A program made the position numbers and the translations under genes. A stretch of DNA of 41,266 bases, taken from the NCBI GenBank assembly GCA_030837935.1, contig JAUQXU010000041.1, forward strand, positions 1 to 41,266, given 5' to 3'. Source of the stretch: Candidatus Brocadia sp. (lineage in GTDB: Bacteria > Planctomycetota > Brocadiia > Brocadiales > Brocadiaceae). Positions within the stretch are counted from its first letter, which is position 1; the number at the start of each line of letters is the position of its first letter. This document shows positions 27,367 through 35,555 of the stretch, in pieces. The notes under the pieces are model-generated. The model saw only the letters and a list, made by a program, of their open reading frames with translations, ran no database searches and had not been told where the DNA came from.

Positions 27367-28554
27367 ATGAGCAATACCATACACAACCATCACGTACCCA
27401 CCATCGCTGAAGTCGATCAGATCGCGACGCTCAGTGATCCGGTCATCCGTAATTTACAGATCACACAGTGCTATCACGAATTGTCATCGGTAGCTGCTGA
27501 ACGAACCGGTCAGAGCGCCAACTGGTGCACCTTCGCGACCTGGGCATCCAGGCAAGCCGGACAGACAATTCGCAAGGAGGATCTCGTACGGGCACTGGAA
27601 AGTGTGCTAAACACCACGCCTTCAACTACAAAGGCGGCCAGGGGTGTTGCAACTATTGCCCGGCACATGGGTGCAAAACACGACATTGAGGCGATCCAAA
27701 AATCAGTGCGGGATGTATTAAACCCTGCCGAAGCATTCGATCGCGCAAGTAACGCGGTAGGCAAGGGCAACAAAAAGGTCTTTGAGGAAATCGGACGCGA
27801 GTTTGCCCGCTTCTTTTCAACTTGCCTGCACGACGCGACGTTTGATGCCGATAAAATTGTGCGTTTCTGTGACGAACTGCGCCCTGGGGAACCGCCTGAT
27901 GGACAACGCTACCTACGTCAGGCATTTACGCGTTACTACCAGGCGTTCTTTGAACCTGATGCCAAGATGCGCGCTGAACTCCTGCTGCTGGCCAACATCG
28001 AAATCGGGTTCCACGAACAGACACGCCTGCAGCCCGAAATCACAGAATCACTCGACGCTGCATTCGTCGACCCCAAACATTTCACTCTCCGTCTGCTCAA
28101 GGCCGTATTCCCTTACGGGGGCTGGCTTGTCCGCGGTCGTTTGTTCTTCATCCGGTTGCGTAGTGGGTTGATACCACTCGATGAAGCAGTCAATACGCTT
28201 ATTGACGCTGCCCGGCGACAGATCCGCATGATCATCACCGAGCACTTAATGACCATCGGCTTCCCCCATGGCGTGCGGTTACGGCTGGGCGAGGATCTGA
28301 AAGCCGAATTTCCTCCATCACTCCAGCAAATTACAAACCCCGATCTGCGTGCCTTGCTCGATCAGATCGATCCAACACCTGACAGTTTGCATGAAACCGG
28401 AGCGACCGATTGGGCATATCTCCCCGACCGGATACATTTCATCATCGATATGTTCCGTTGCTATCAGGAATATCGGGATATATTCGATCCTCCCTTCACT
28501 CCTGATCAGATCGTTACGCTGAAGACTGGCCACCTGCCCGGCGGTCAACTATAA
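27367..28554 (+). CDS. Hypothetical alpha-helical protein
   Basis: 395-aa ORF with conserved-looking motifs RNLQITQCY, ANWCTFATWAS, GNKKVFEEIG, IGFHEQTRLQP, DWAYLPDRIHFI; function unknown. Confidence 0.75.
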   Translation: MSNTIHNHHVPTIAEVDQIATLSDPVIRNLQITQCYHELSSVAAERTGQSANWCTFATWASRQAGQTIRKEDLVRALESVLNTTPSTTKAARGVATIARHMGAKHDIEAIQKSVRDVLNPAEAFDRASNAVGKGNKKVFEEIGREFARFFSTCLHDATFDADKIVRFCDELRPGEPPDGQRYLRQAFTRYYQAFFEPDAKMRAELLLLANIEIGFHEQTRLQPEITESLDAAFVDPKHFTLRLLKAVFPYGGWLVRGRLFFIRLRSGLIPLDEAVNTLIDAARRQIRMIITEHLMTIGFPHGVRLRLGEDLKAEFPPSLQQITNPDLRALLDQIDPTPDSLHETGATDWAYLPDRIHFIIDMFRCYQEYRDIFDPPFTPDQIVTLKTGHLPGGQL

Positions 28555-28737
28555 ATGCCCAATAAGTAGATTTATAAAAAAAGAATTGCCTTAATTCTGG
28601 CTTTCAATGATTCAAAGATTGACATGTTTTTGGCGAATTGGTTTTCAAGGAGTTCCTGAGTCTTCCGATCCGAGGGGTTTATGGACACTTTGTTTTTAGA
28701 ATAGATTTAGTTAAACAAGTTTAACTAATTTATTTTC

Positions 28738-28765
28738 TTGACAAAAAAGTATTAAAGTATAGAAT
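28738..28765 (+). promoter_or_regulatory. Sigma70-type promoter for the candidate ncRNA
   Basis: TTGACA-16 nt-TAGAAT with an AT-rich upstream tract; no + strand ORF follows. Confidence 0.7.
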
Positions 28766-28770
28766 TCTTG

Positions 28771-28866
28771 AAGAGCGGTAAGCCCTTCCTGGGTGTCCAA
28801 GGTATTCCCATCCATAGGTTGGCAAAAGCCTTGGAAAAGACGCCCCCGGGTGGCACGCTCTTTTTT
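28771..28866 (+). ncRNA. Candidate DUF3800-associated structured small RNA
   Basis: Nested stems AAGAGCG/CGCTCTT, GCCC/GGGT, GGGTGTC/GACGCCC, CCAAGG/CCTTGG, CCATCC/GGTTGG; begins 5 nt after the -10 box and ends in T6; GC-rich in AT-rich flanks; convergent with the DUF3800 gene. Confidence 0.65.
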
Positions 28867-29112
28867 ATAGATACTGGTCATCGTACAATACCCTATCTTT
28901 AAATACATCGTACCATCTTTATACCATTTTTGATTCTTTCGTTCATATTTTCTGAAAATTCCCCAAGCGAATAAATCCACTGCTTGGCTAATTTTAATAA
29001 AGCTTTCCCGATGACTTGTCGCTAATATACACAGGGTAAAAAAACCTGAAGGTTTCTTATTTACAAAATCAAACCCCAAATCTCCACTTTCGTCACGATA
29101 AAGATACCACAT
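28865..29112 (-). pseudogene. DUF3800 family gene, internally deleted and frameshifted
   Basis: N-terminal YLYRDESGDLG joined almost directly to the C-terminal QAVDLFAWGIFRKYE (QxxD); an ~11-nt duplication shifts the frame away from the likely native end WYDVFKDRVLYDDQYL* (TAA at 28867-28865). Confidence 0.75.
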
Positions 29113-29160
29113 AAATTGTGTCTTCTCATCCTTCTACCTCACCCGAACGAGGCGGAAAGC

Positions 29161-29217
29161 GTAGCGCGGGTGGTTTATCCCCCCGCCTAAATGCCGACCA
29201 CCAGGGATCGGCGCTAC
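29161..29217. repeat. GTAG-type REP remnant
   Basis: GTAGCGC-GGG..CCCGC ... GCGCTAC inverted ends. Confidence 0.45.
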
Positions 29218-29255
29218 ATTATTTACTAAAAACTTCGAGGAGTTGATTAAAATAA

Positions 29256-29348
29256 GGTTGGGTGAAGCCTGTCCTGAGTTTATCGAAAGGCGAAGCACAC
29301 CCAACAAAAAAGGCATTGATGGATCCGCTTAACCCATTTTACTTGACT
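29256..29348. repeat. REPIN-like unit copy 1 (with 23-nt insert)
   Basis: ggttgggtgaag[cctgtcctgagtttatcgaaagg]cgaagcacacccaaca...cgcttaacccattttacttgact. Confidence 0.8.
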
Positions 29349-29402
29349 CCTTGCGGCGTACCCTGGCAAAAAAAAGAATAAACAGGGGCAATTGACATTA
29401 TT

Positions 29403-29732
29403 TTACAAAGCCCTCATTACAACATTCAATTTTGCTTTTAGCCTGGATGGGTACTGTTTTTTTAGTTGAATGAGAAACGATTGATCTTCCCGGAATTTAC
29501 TATCAAACATATCCTTATGTTCATAGTAATAGGACAAAGCATCATGAACCTGTTCGAGTCTCAGATGAGGGTATTCGTCTATAATACTATCAGCACTCAT
29601 TCCCATGAGTTCATATCTGATAGCTATATCTTGCACCTTTATACGGGTATTACGAATAACAGGTTGTCCCCCTGAAATTTTTGGATTTACGGCAATATAG
29701 GGATGTTTCGTCTTTTTTTTAACAATCGACAT
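29403..29732 (-). CDS. DUF433 domain protein (putative antitoxin), orphan
   Basis: HPYIAVNPKISGGQPVIRNTRIKVQDI..GMSADSIIDEYPHLRLEQVHDALSYYYEH; AGGAGGAG RBS. Confidence 0.9.
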   Translation of the reverse strand: MSIVKKKTKHPYIAVNPKISGGQPVIRNTRIKVQDIAIRYELMGMSADSIIDEYPHLRLEQVHDALSYYYEHKDMFDSKFREDQSFLIQLKKQYPSRLKAKLNVVMRAL

Positions 29733-29868
29733 AATCTCCTCCTTAGAGTCTTGACTGTATTAATTTATTTCCTGTAAAAAGCGCATAGCTTTTACCTTTT
29801 CGTTTTATTACTAAGTCAGAAATCATATTAGCAATTTCTTCCTACTTCAACAATATCAAAGTATGGCG

Positions 29869-30077
29869 GGTTGGGTAAAGCGAAGCACACTCAACAAAAA
29901 AAAGGCATTGATGGGTTCGCTCCGCTTAACCCATCCTACTTGACTATTCTTCTTGAGAAGTTCAATGAGTTAATCAAAGTAGTAGGTTCGGTGAAGCCTG
30001 TCCTGAGTTTATCGAGGGGCGAAGCACGCCCAATAAAAAAAGCATGGATGAGTTCGCTTAACCCATCCTACTTGACT
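29869..30077. repeat. REPIN-like unit copies 2 (29869-29945, no insert) and 3 (29982-30077, with insert)
   Basis: Same unit as 29256; ends in cttaacccatcctac (GTAGGATGGGTTAAG on the minus strand); array flanked by the direct repeat ttcaacaatatcaaa. Confidence 0.8.
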
Positions 30078-30121
30078 TCCTGTTTCAACAATATCAAACG
30101 GTTATGGCTAACATCGTACAA

Positions 30122-31612
30122 TTATCGAGCCTTTGAAGCTGACACTTTGTTGTCTCGTCTTGCATCGATGAAAACAATATATTTCTCATCAGACAACCCC
30201 AAGTCCTTAAGGATTTTTCTTGCACGCATCTCTTCTTCCGTTGAGAAGAACAAGATAACCTTTATTGCCTTGTCGGTATCATGTGCTTTTTTGTAAATTT
30301 CAACCTGCTTTTGCAGATTTTGTGCAAGCTTAGTATTTGATGCCAATTTAAACTCGACCAGGGTTTTATCAAAAGCTCCTTTGGATATTTTGAAATCTAC
30401 AGGGCCACGCCCTTCATTTGCCTCACGCGTTACGTCATCAGGAGAAGCAAACCATGTCAAACGAAACATTATCTGAAGATCGCTCTCTCGCTTAACAGGT
30501 TCTCCCTTAACATAGAAGATTCGATAACCGTCTTTATTTTCGATTACATTTTTCAGAAATAATACGCGCTCGTAGCTGTTAGACAGAGTACTTCCATCGT
30601 TCTCATAAAATTTGGTTTGTTGAGACAACTGTTTAATAAATCCGGAAAGTTCAGAAACAAACAGATTATAAACTTCCTGAACACGCTCTTCGCTTACCGA
30701 TTTAGCCTGTTCGCCATGATCCTCTTTGTATTTGATGTAGTAATCAAGGAACTCTGGATACTTCCTTATGACAGCACTGACGGCACCGACAATGTCACTT
30801 TTACGAGGTGCCTTCTCGCTTCCATTTTTATTCTTTTGCGGCTTGGGCAGGTTAGAGGCGAAATAAAAATTCAATTGAGATCTTAACTGGTCATTGGAAA
30901 CAGAAGAAACAATATCGTAAAATTGATTAACCAGATCGGACTTATTGATCCACGTGTCATCTTTGGTGAGTAAATCTTTTGGTGTAAGTAAAACATAGTC
31001 TTCATTTACGGTTGGCAACTGAAAACCAACTGAAGTCCATGTTGAAGTTTGATAGTTAAAATCAACATGGGCAACTGTAAAATTCTTTAGCTTGGCGGGA
31101 TCAACATATTTTTTAGCAAATGTTTGAGTATACCGAAGTAGATATCCCTTAATCAGGTTGGTCACAAAATCGCTTATATTGTCCCTTCCAATGTTATCCT
31201 TAATTAAGCATAATTTTTCAAGATGAGGGCTTCGGCAAACCGTTTGTTTGTCGAAATCAGAAAACACCCCGCCCAAATTATCATAAAGAGCTTTAGCAAA
31301 CTCTATCCCAGGACCACGTCCGCTGTTTCCAATTTGACTATAACCCAGCCATGTTTGCTTAACTTCCGGGAAACAATACCAGCTTTTTAGCAGCCCATCA
31401 TCGACCAATTTCTCAAGCGAACGATCACGTAGAAATGCGACGTACTTAAGTATTTCCTTATGTAGTGTTTGATAATCCTTTTTCTTGCTATTGAAAAGGA
31501 GGAACGGGTCAACAAACAAAGGTAAATCATTCACCAGAGAAATATTAAATGCTCCATACTCTTCGATGACGCTTGGCTTAACATTGAAAATGTCAGAAAA
31601 ATAGACTTTCAT
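30122..31612 (-). CDS. Hypothetical protein with putative C-terminal PD-(D/E)XK nuclease motif, in the R-M operon
   Basis: ATGA overlap with hsdS; N-terminal DLPLFVDPFLLF; C-terminal RESDLQ..REANEGRGPVDF..LVEFKLA. Confidence 0.7.
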   Translation of the reverse strand: MKVYFSDIFNVKPSVIEEYGAFNISLVNDLPLFVDPFLLFNSKKKDYQTLHKEILKYVAFLRDRSLEKLVDDGLLKSWYCFPEVKQTWLGYSQIGNSGRGPGIEFAKALYDNLGGVFSDFDKQTVCRSPHLEKLCLIKDNIGRDNISDFVTNLIKGYLLRYTQTFAKKYVDPAKLKNFTVAHVDFNYQTSTWTSVGFQLPTVNEDYVLLTPKDLLTKDDTWINKSDLVNQFYDIVSSVSNDQLRSQLNFYFASNLPKPQKNKNGSEKAPRKSDIVGAVSAVIRKYPEFLDYYIKYKEDHGEQAKSVSEERVQEVYNLFVSELSGFIKQLSQQTKFYENDGSTLSNSYERVLFLKNVIENKDGYRIFYVKGEPVKRESDLQIMFRLTWFASPDDVTREANEGRGPVDFKISKGAFDKTLVEFKLASNTKLAQNLQKQVEIYKKAHDTDKAIKVILFFSTEEEMRARKILKDLGLSDEKYIVFIDARRDNKVSASKAR

Positions 31613-32922
31613 CTTGCAAACGCCTCTCGTAAAACCGACTGCATCAGCATTTCTGACTGTTCTTTGCGTTCGGATACTTGTTTTTCCAGTTCATCGATCA
31701 TAGTCATGAGTTTATCCACACGCTCAACGATAGCTTGCTGTTCCGCAAGAGGCGGAAGAGGGAAAATAAATTCTCGCAATTTTGTTGCATTTATATTTGA
31801 TTGACCAAGAGCATCGGCTTTTACCTCATCACACCATTTCCTGTGATAAATCGAATTCATTACATAATTGGAAAAACGAGCACTAATTTTCCCACACATA
31901 TGAAAACGAACAATATATCCTGCATAGATTGCTTTTTCTCCACAATCGAAAAGGGCAGTTTTCCCAACCAACTCTCTGCTATTGGTTCTGTTAAAGAGAA
32001 GGTCTTCTGGTTTTAGTAAATGTTGTTGTATTTCACCATCATCATTTGTATAAACCAAGTTTTCCCAAACAATGCCTCCGTTTTGCAAGTTCCCCATTCG
32101 TAAAACAGGCACTTTGCCTGTTTTTATGGACTTTGTACTTGAACCATATTCAAATCCCTGAGCCACTTCTCCCAACCGACACCGCACCCACCCCTCAGGC
32201 AAGGCAAAAGGCTTTTCAGCGTCAGTGATCGGCGCAAGCGGTTTGTCTTTCTTGATTTTTCTCTCTTTGATTAGGCGTTCTTTTTCGGCTTTGATTTTCT
32301 CAAGCAGTTTCGAGGCGTGATTGTCTCCACTGATAAGTTCAGGATGTTTATCCCGCCATTTGGTCGTCAGTTTTCCTTCAATGGCTTCCTGCAACACTGA
32401 TTGCCGAAGTTTTCTAAAAAGATCTATTTGGACATCCAATTCATTCAGAAAATCTTCGTGCTCGTTAGAAATGCTGTCAATTTTACCCAAAATCTTTTTC
32501 TGCTCTACTAAAGATGGGAGCGGAACTTCGATATTTGAAATAGCGGTCACAGATAAGGACACATTGGCTGCCCCCTTCATTAAAGGCACAAGAATCCGAT
32601 CTTTATTCTTTTGAAGATAAACATGAAGATACCGAGCATTCAATATCGTTTCATCTCGAGGCACAACTGCGGATAGTATTGAACCAAGAGCAAACTTGCC
32701 TTCTTGATAATGGACATAATTTAGTGTTTTCTTGCCATGCCCAGTTGACGACACCAAAGGGATACATACGGCTTTAGTATCGAATTGATAATCTCTTGAT
32801 GTTTTTCGTTCAGCCCCTGTTGTAACTAATGGATAATTACCTGGTAGTGCCTTTGCTAGGCCAGTGACACCTTTTTCAATAGTACAAACATCTCCAATTT
32901 TTACACGTTTCCACTCACCCAT
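31609..32922 (-). CDS. hsdS: Type I R-M specificity subunit
   Basis: Two TRDs with PLPSLVEQKKI and PLPPLAEQQAIV, spacer LRQSVLQEAIEGKL..PFALPEGW; ATG at 32922 overlaps the rhuM stop. Confidence 0.93.
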   Translation of the reverse strand: MGEWKRVKIGDVCTIEKGVTGLAKALPGNYPLVTTGAERKTSRDYQFDTKAVCIPLVSSTGHGKKTLNYVHYQEGKFALGSILSAVVPRDETILNARYLHVYLQKNKDRILVPLMKGAANVSLSVTAISNIEVPLPSLVEQKKILGKIDSISNEHEDFLNELDVQIDLFRKLRQSVLQEAIEGKLTTKWRDKHPELISGDNHASKLLEKIKAEKERLIKERKIKKDKPLAPITDAEKPFALPEGWVRCRLGEVAQGFEYGSSTKSIKTGKVPVLRMGNLQNGGIVWENLVYTNDDGEIQQHLLKPEDLLFNRTNSRELVGKTALFDCGEKAIYAGYIVRFHMCGKISARFSNYVMNSIYHRKWCDEVKADALGQSNINATKLREFIFPLPPLAEQQAIVERVDKLMTMIDELEKQVSERKEQSEMLMQSVLREAFAR

Positions 32923-33967
32923 TCTTCCGCACCTTTTTCTTCGGGAGGCGTTTCGCCGCTTCCTGTTCAATCATTTTTAAAGCCTCATCATCGGCAAGCG
33001 CTTCAGCCTCTGCTTCACTCTTCAAACGCTGCTTATGAAAAACCTCATAATGCTCCAAAGCCAGTGCGTCAGCAACTTCTTTGGTTACGGTTCCGGCATG
33101 CTCAAGGATATCGCGTTCATTAAACTTGAGAAACGCGTCAAGCTTTTTACGCCAGTCGCGCATGGAGACCTGCCGGTGGCGTTTAGCCTGGTCTTCGGCA
33201 TAATCAAGGTACATGGTCACGATTCTGTTAAGCTGTTCCATTTCCTTCTCGTTGAGGTAATTCTTGGCAATGGTCACATCGCCCTGGCGCACCTTGACGC
33301 CTTTCCATGCAGTAAGACCCATGTTGGGTTTTGACGCGTCTGCCCGTTCGGAAATCAGCTCCGCCGCCGTCTTGCCGGATATGGCGAAATGGAGCTTGTT
33401 CTGAACTATTTTGAAAAATTCTAAGGTTTCTTCCGCTTTAGGGTCATAGTCAACAGCCAGCTTATAAATATCCCGGATTTTCTGATAAAACCGCTTCTCG
33501 CTGGAACGGATATCCCTGATCCGCTCAAGGATTTCATCAAAATAATCAGAGCCGATGTTTACGCCCTGCTTAAGCCGCTCATCATCCAACACAAAACCTT
33601 TGACGATATATTCCCTTAAATGTTGTGTCGCCCATTGACGAAATTGTGTGGCAACGTGGGATTTAACGCGATATCCAACCGATATGATCATATCGAGATT
33701 GTAATATTCAATTTTTCTTTGAACCGACCTTGCTCCCTCTTTTTGAACTGTCAAGAATTCCTTGACAGTTGCTTCAGGTTCCAGCTCGCCTTCTTCGTAA
33801 ATATTTCTAATGTGAAGACTCATATTCTGCTTAGTCGTCTGGAAAAGTTCTGCCATCAACTGCTGTGTTAGCCAGACAGTCTCATCCTGAAAACGAACAT
33901 CAATCTTGATTTTTCCATCTTCTGCCTGGTAAATAATGAGTTGTGATTTATTTTCTGCGTTATCCAA
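32915..33967 (-). CDS. Virulence RhuM family protein
   Basis: ETVWLTQQLMAELF, YNLDMIISVGYRV, FRQWAT, GFVLDDERLK, RIRDIRSSE, VQNKLHFA, AKNYL. Confidence 0.93.
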   Translation of the reverse strand: MDNAENKSQLIIYQAEDGKIKIDVRFQDETVWLTQQLMAELFQTTKQNMSLHIRNIYEEGELEPEATVKEFLTVQKEGARSVQRKIEYYNLDMIISVGYRVKSHVATQFRQWATQHLREYIVKGFVLDDERLKQGVNIGSDYFDEILERIRDIRSSEKRFYQKIRDIYKLAVDYDPKAEETLEFFKIVQNKLHFAISGKTAAELISERADASKPNMGLTAWKGVKVRQGDVTIAKNYLNEKEMEQLNRIVTMYLDYAEDQAKRHRQVSMRDWRKKLDAFLKFNERDILEHAGTVTKEVADALALEHYEVFHKQRLKSEAEAEALADDEALKMIEQEAAKRLPKKKVRKNG

Positions 33968-35393
33968 TCTCCAACTCCTTTCTCAATTGCTGAAGAAGCT
34001 CATCACTCTTTCGAAATGATTCGTGAATCATCGTTACCAGTTCCGCACTTGAATATGTGTGTTTTTCGTTTGGCGTATGTGGATTTTTTATGTCGAGGTT
34101 ATGGCCGTTCGCGATAATCGTATCAATAGAAACCTTCCACGCCCGCTCATTCTCTTTTCGCTTCTTCCACCACTTCTTAAGACCGTCAAACTCGCTTTTC
34201 TGGATCGGCTTCGTTTTGCTGTATGCCTTAACGCCTTCGGGCAGTTTGTGTTCCCAGTACCAGATTTCCTTCGTCGGCTTGCCTTTTTCAAAGAAAAGCA
34301 GGTTCGTGGCAACGCTGGCGTAAGGTTGAAAAACTGAATTCGGCAAACGCACGACGGTGTGCAGATTGCAGTTTTCCAAGAAATGCTGGCGAATGCGCTG
34401 TTTTACGCCGTCGCCGGTCAGCGATCCATCTGGCAGGACAATACCGGCACGGCCACCGTCCCTCAAATACCGCACCATGAGCATTAAGAACAAATCGGCG
34501 CTTTCTGTCGTGCGAAAATTCTGGGGAAAGTTAGTCTCTGCCCCATCGGTAACCGAGGCGCCAAAAGGTGGATTGGCAAGAATTACATCAACCCTGTCTT
34601 TCTGGCCTATCGAGGTGTATTCGCGGTTAAGGCTGTCGGTATAATCCACATTCGGCACTTCAATGTCGTGCAATATCAAATTGGTTACGCAGAGCATGAA
34701 GGGAAGCGGTTTAAACTCCATGCCGTGAATGGTCTTCTCCAGCGTCTTGAGGTCGTCAACTCCCTTTACATCTTGTTTACGAATATTTTCTATGGCGCTG
34801 GTCAAAAAGCCTCCGGTTCCGCAGGCGGGATCTAAAACTTTTTCACCTAAGCGAGGGTTAATCATTTCCGTAATAAATTCCGTCAAGGCGCGAGGGGTGT
34901 AAAACTCACCGTAATTCCCGGCGCTCTGCAGATCGCGCAAAATCGTTTCATAAATATCGCCGAACACATGTCGGTCTTCAGCCTTGTTAAAATCAATTTG
35001 ATTTAACGCGTTAACAACTTGACGGATAATTGTCCCGTTCTTCATATAGTTATTCGTGCCGTCAAATATTTCACGAATAATGAGGGCGCGTTTATTGCCA
35101 GAACTCACATCGAGATTTTTAAGCTTTGGTATCAAAGCACCGTCAACAAAGTTTTTAAGCTCATCCCCAGTCATACCCTCGTCATCAGCCGCCCAGTTGC
35201 GCCATTGCAATTTCTTGGGCATCGGGGATGCATATTTGTCATTAAGAAGTTCCAGCTCTTTGTCCTTATCATCCAGAATCTTGAGGCTGAGCATCCAGCC
35301 TAATTGCTCAATGCGCTGTGCGTCTCCGGACACGCCTGGATCCTTGCGCATGATGTTCTGTAATGTTTTTATAATATTCCCGATGTTTTTCAT
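33960..35393 (-). CDS. hsdM: Type I R-M N6-adenine methyltransferase
   Basis: GEFYTPR, DPACGTGGFL, ANPPF. Confidence 0.95.
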   Translation of the reverse strand: MKNIGNIIKTLQNIMRKDPGVSGDAQRIEQLGWMLSLKILDDKDKELELLNDKYASPMPKKLQWRNWAADDEGMTGDELKNFVDGALIPKLKNLDVSSGNKRALIIREIFDGTNNYMKNGTIIRQVVNALNQIDFNKAEDRHVFGDIYETILRDLQSAGNYGEFYTPRALTEFITEMINPRLGEKVLDPACGTGGFLTSAIENIRKQDVKGVDDLKTLEKTIHGMEFKPLPFMLCVTNLILHDIEVPNVDYTDSLNREYTSIGQKDRVDVILANPPFGASVTDGAETNFPQNFRTTESADLFLMLMVRYLRDGGRAGIVLPDGSLTGDGVKQRIRQHFLENCNLHTVVRLPNSVFQPYASVATNLLFFEKGKPTKEIWYWEHKLPEGVKAYSKTKPIQKSEFDGLKKWWKKRKENERAWKVSIDTIIANGHNLDIKNPHTPNEKHTYSSAELVTMIHESFRKSDELLQQLRKELEIG

Positions 35394-35414
35394 TATTACC
35401 CCCTACGCTCAATT

Positions 35415-35548
35415 TCATTAAGTTAGTCCTATTAAGTCTCCCTTAATAAAGGGGGATTCAGGGGGTTGTGTTTTTTGGGAATTCTTTACAACCCCCTTTG
35501 CCCCCTTTTCTAAGGGGGATTTTTACGGTTGGCAGTTTAACTTAATGA
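35415..35548. mobile_element. MITE-like element between hsdR and hsdM
   Basis: Perfect 11-bp inverted ends TCATTAAGTTA / TAACTTAATGA enclosing two inverted CCC(CC)TT..AAGGGGGATT palindromes. Confidence 0.55.
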
Positions 35549-35555
35549 CACACCC

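Noticed and set aside
28711-28864. C-terminal extension of the DUF3800 ORF in the ORF track
   Set aside because: Read-through caused by a frameshift, running antisense through the RNA candidate and its promoter.
29256-30095. Possible CRISPR array
   Set aside because: Units are 77-96 nt, degenerate and irregularly spaced, with no unique spacers or cas genes; a REP/REPIN explanation fits better.
29871-30296. 141-aa + strand ORF
   Set aside because: Translation of REP units plus antisense overlap with the 30122-31612 gene.
32915-33967. RhuM as a virulence signal or novelty
   Set aside because: RhuM-family genes are common passengers within type I R-M operons.
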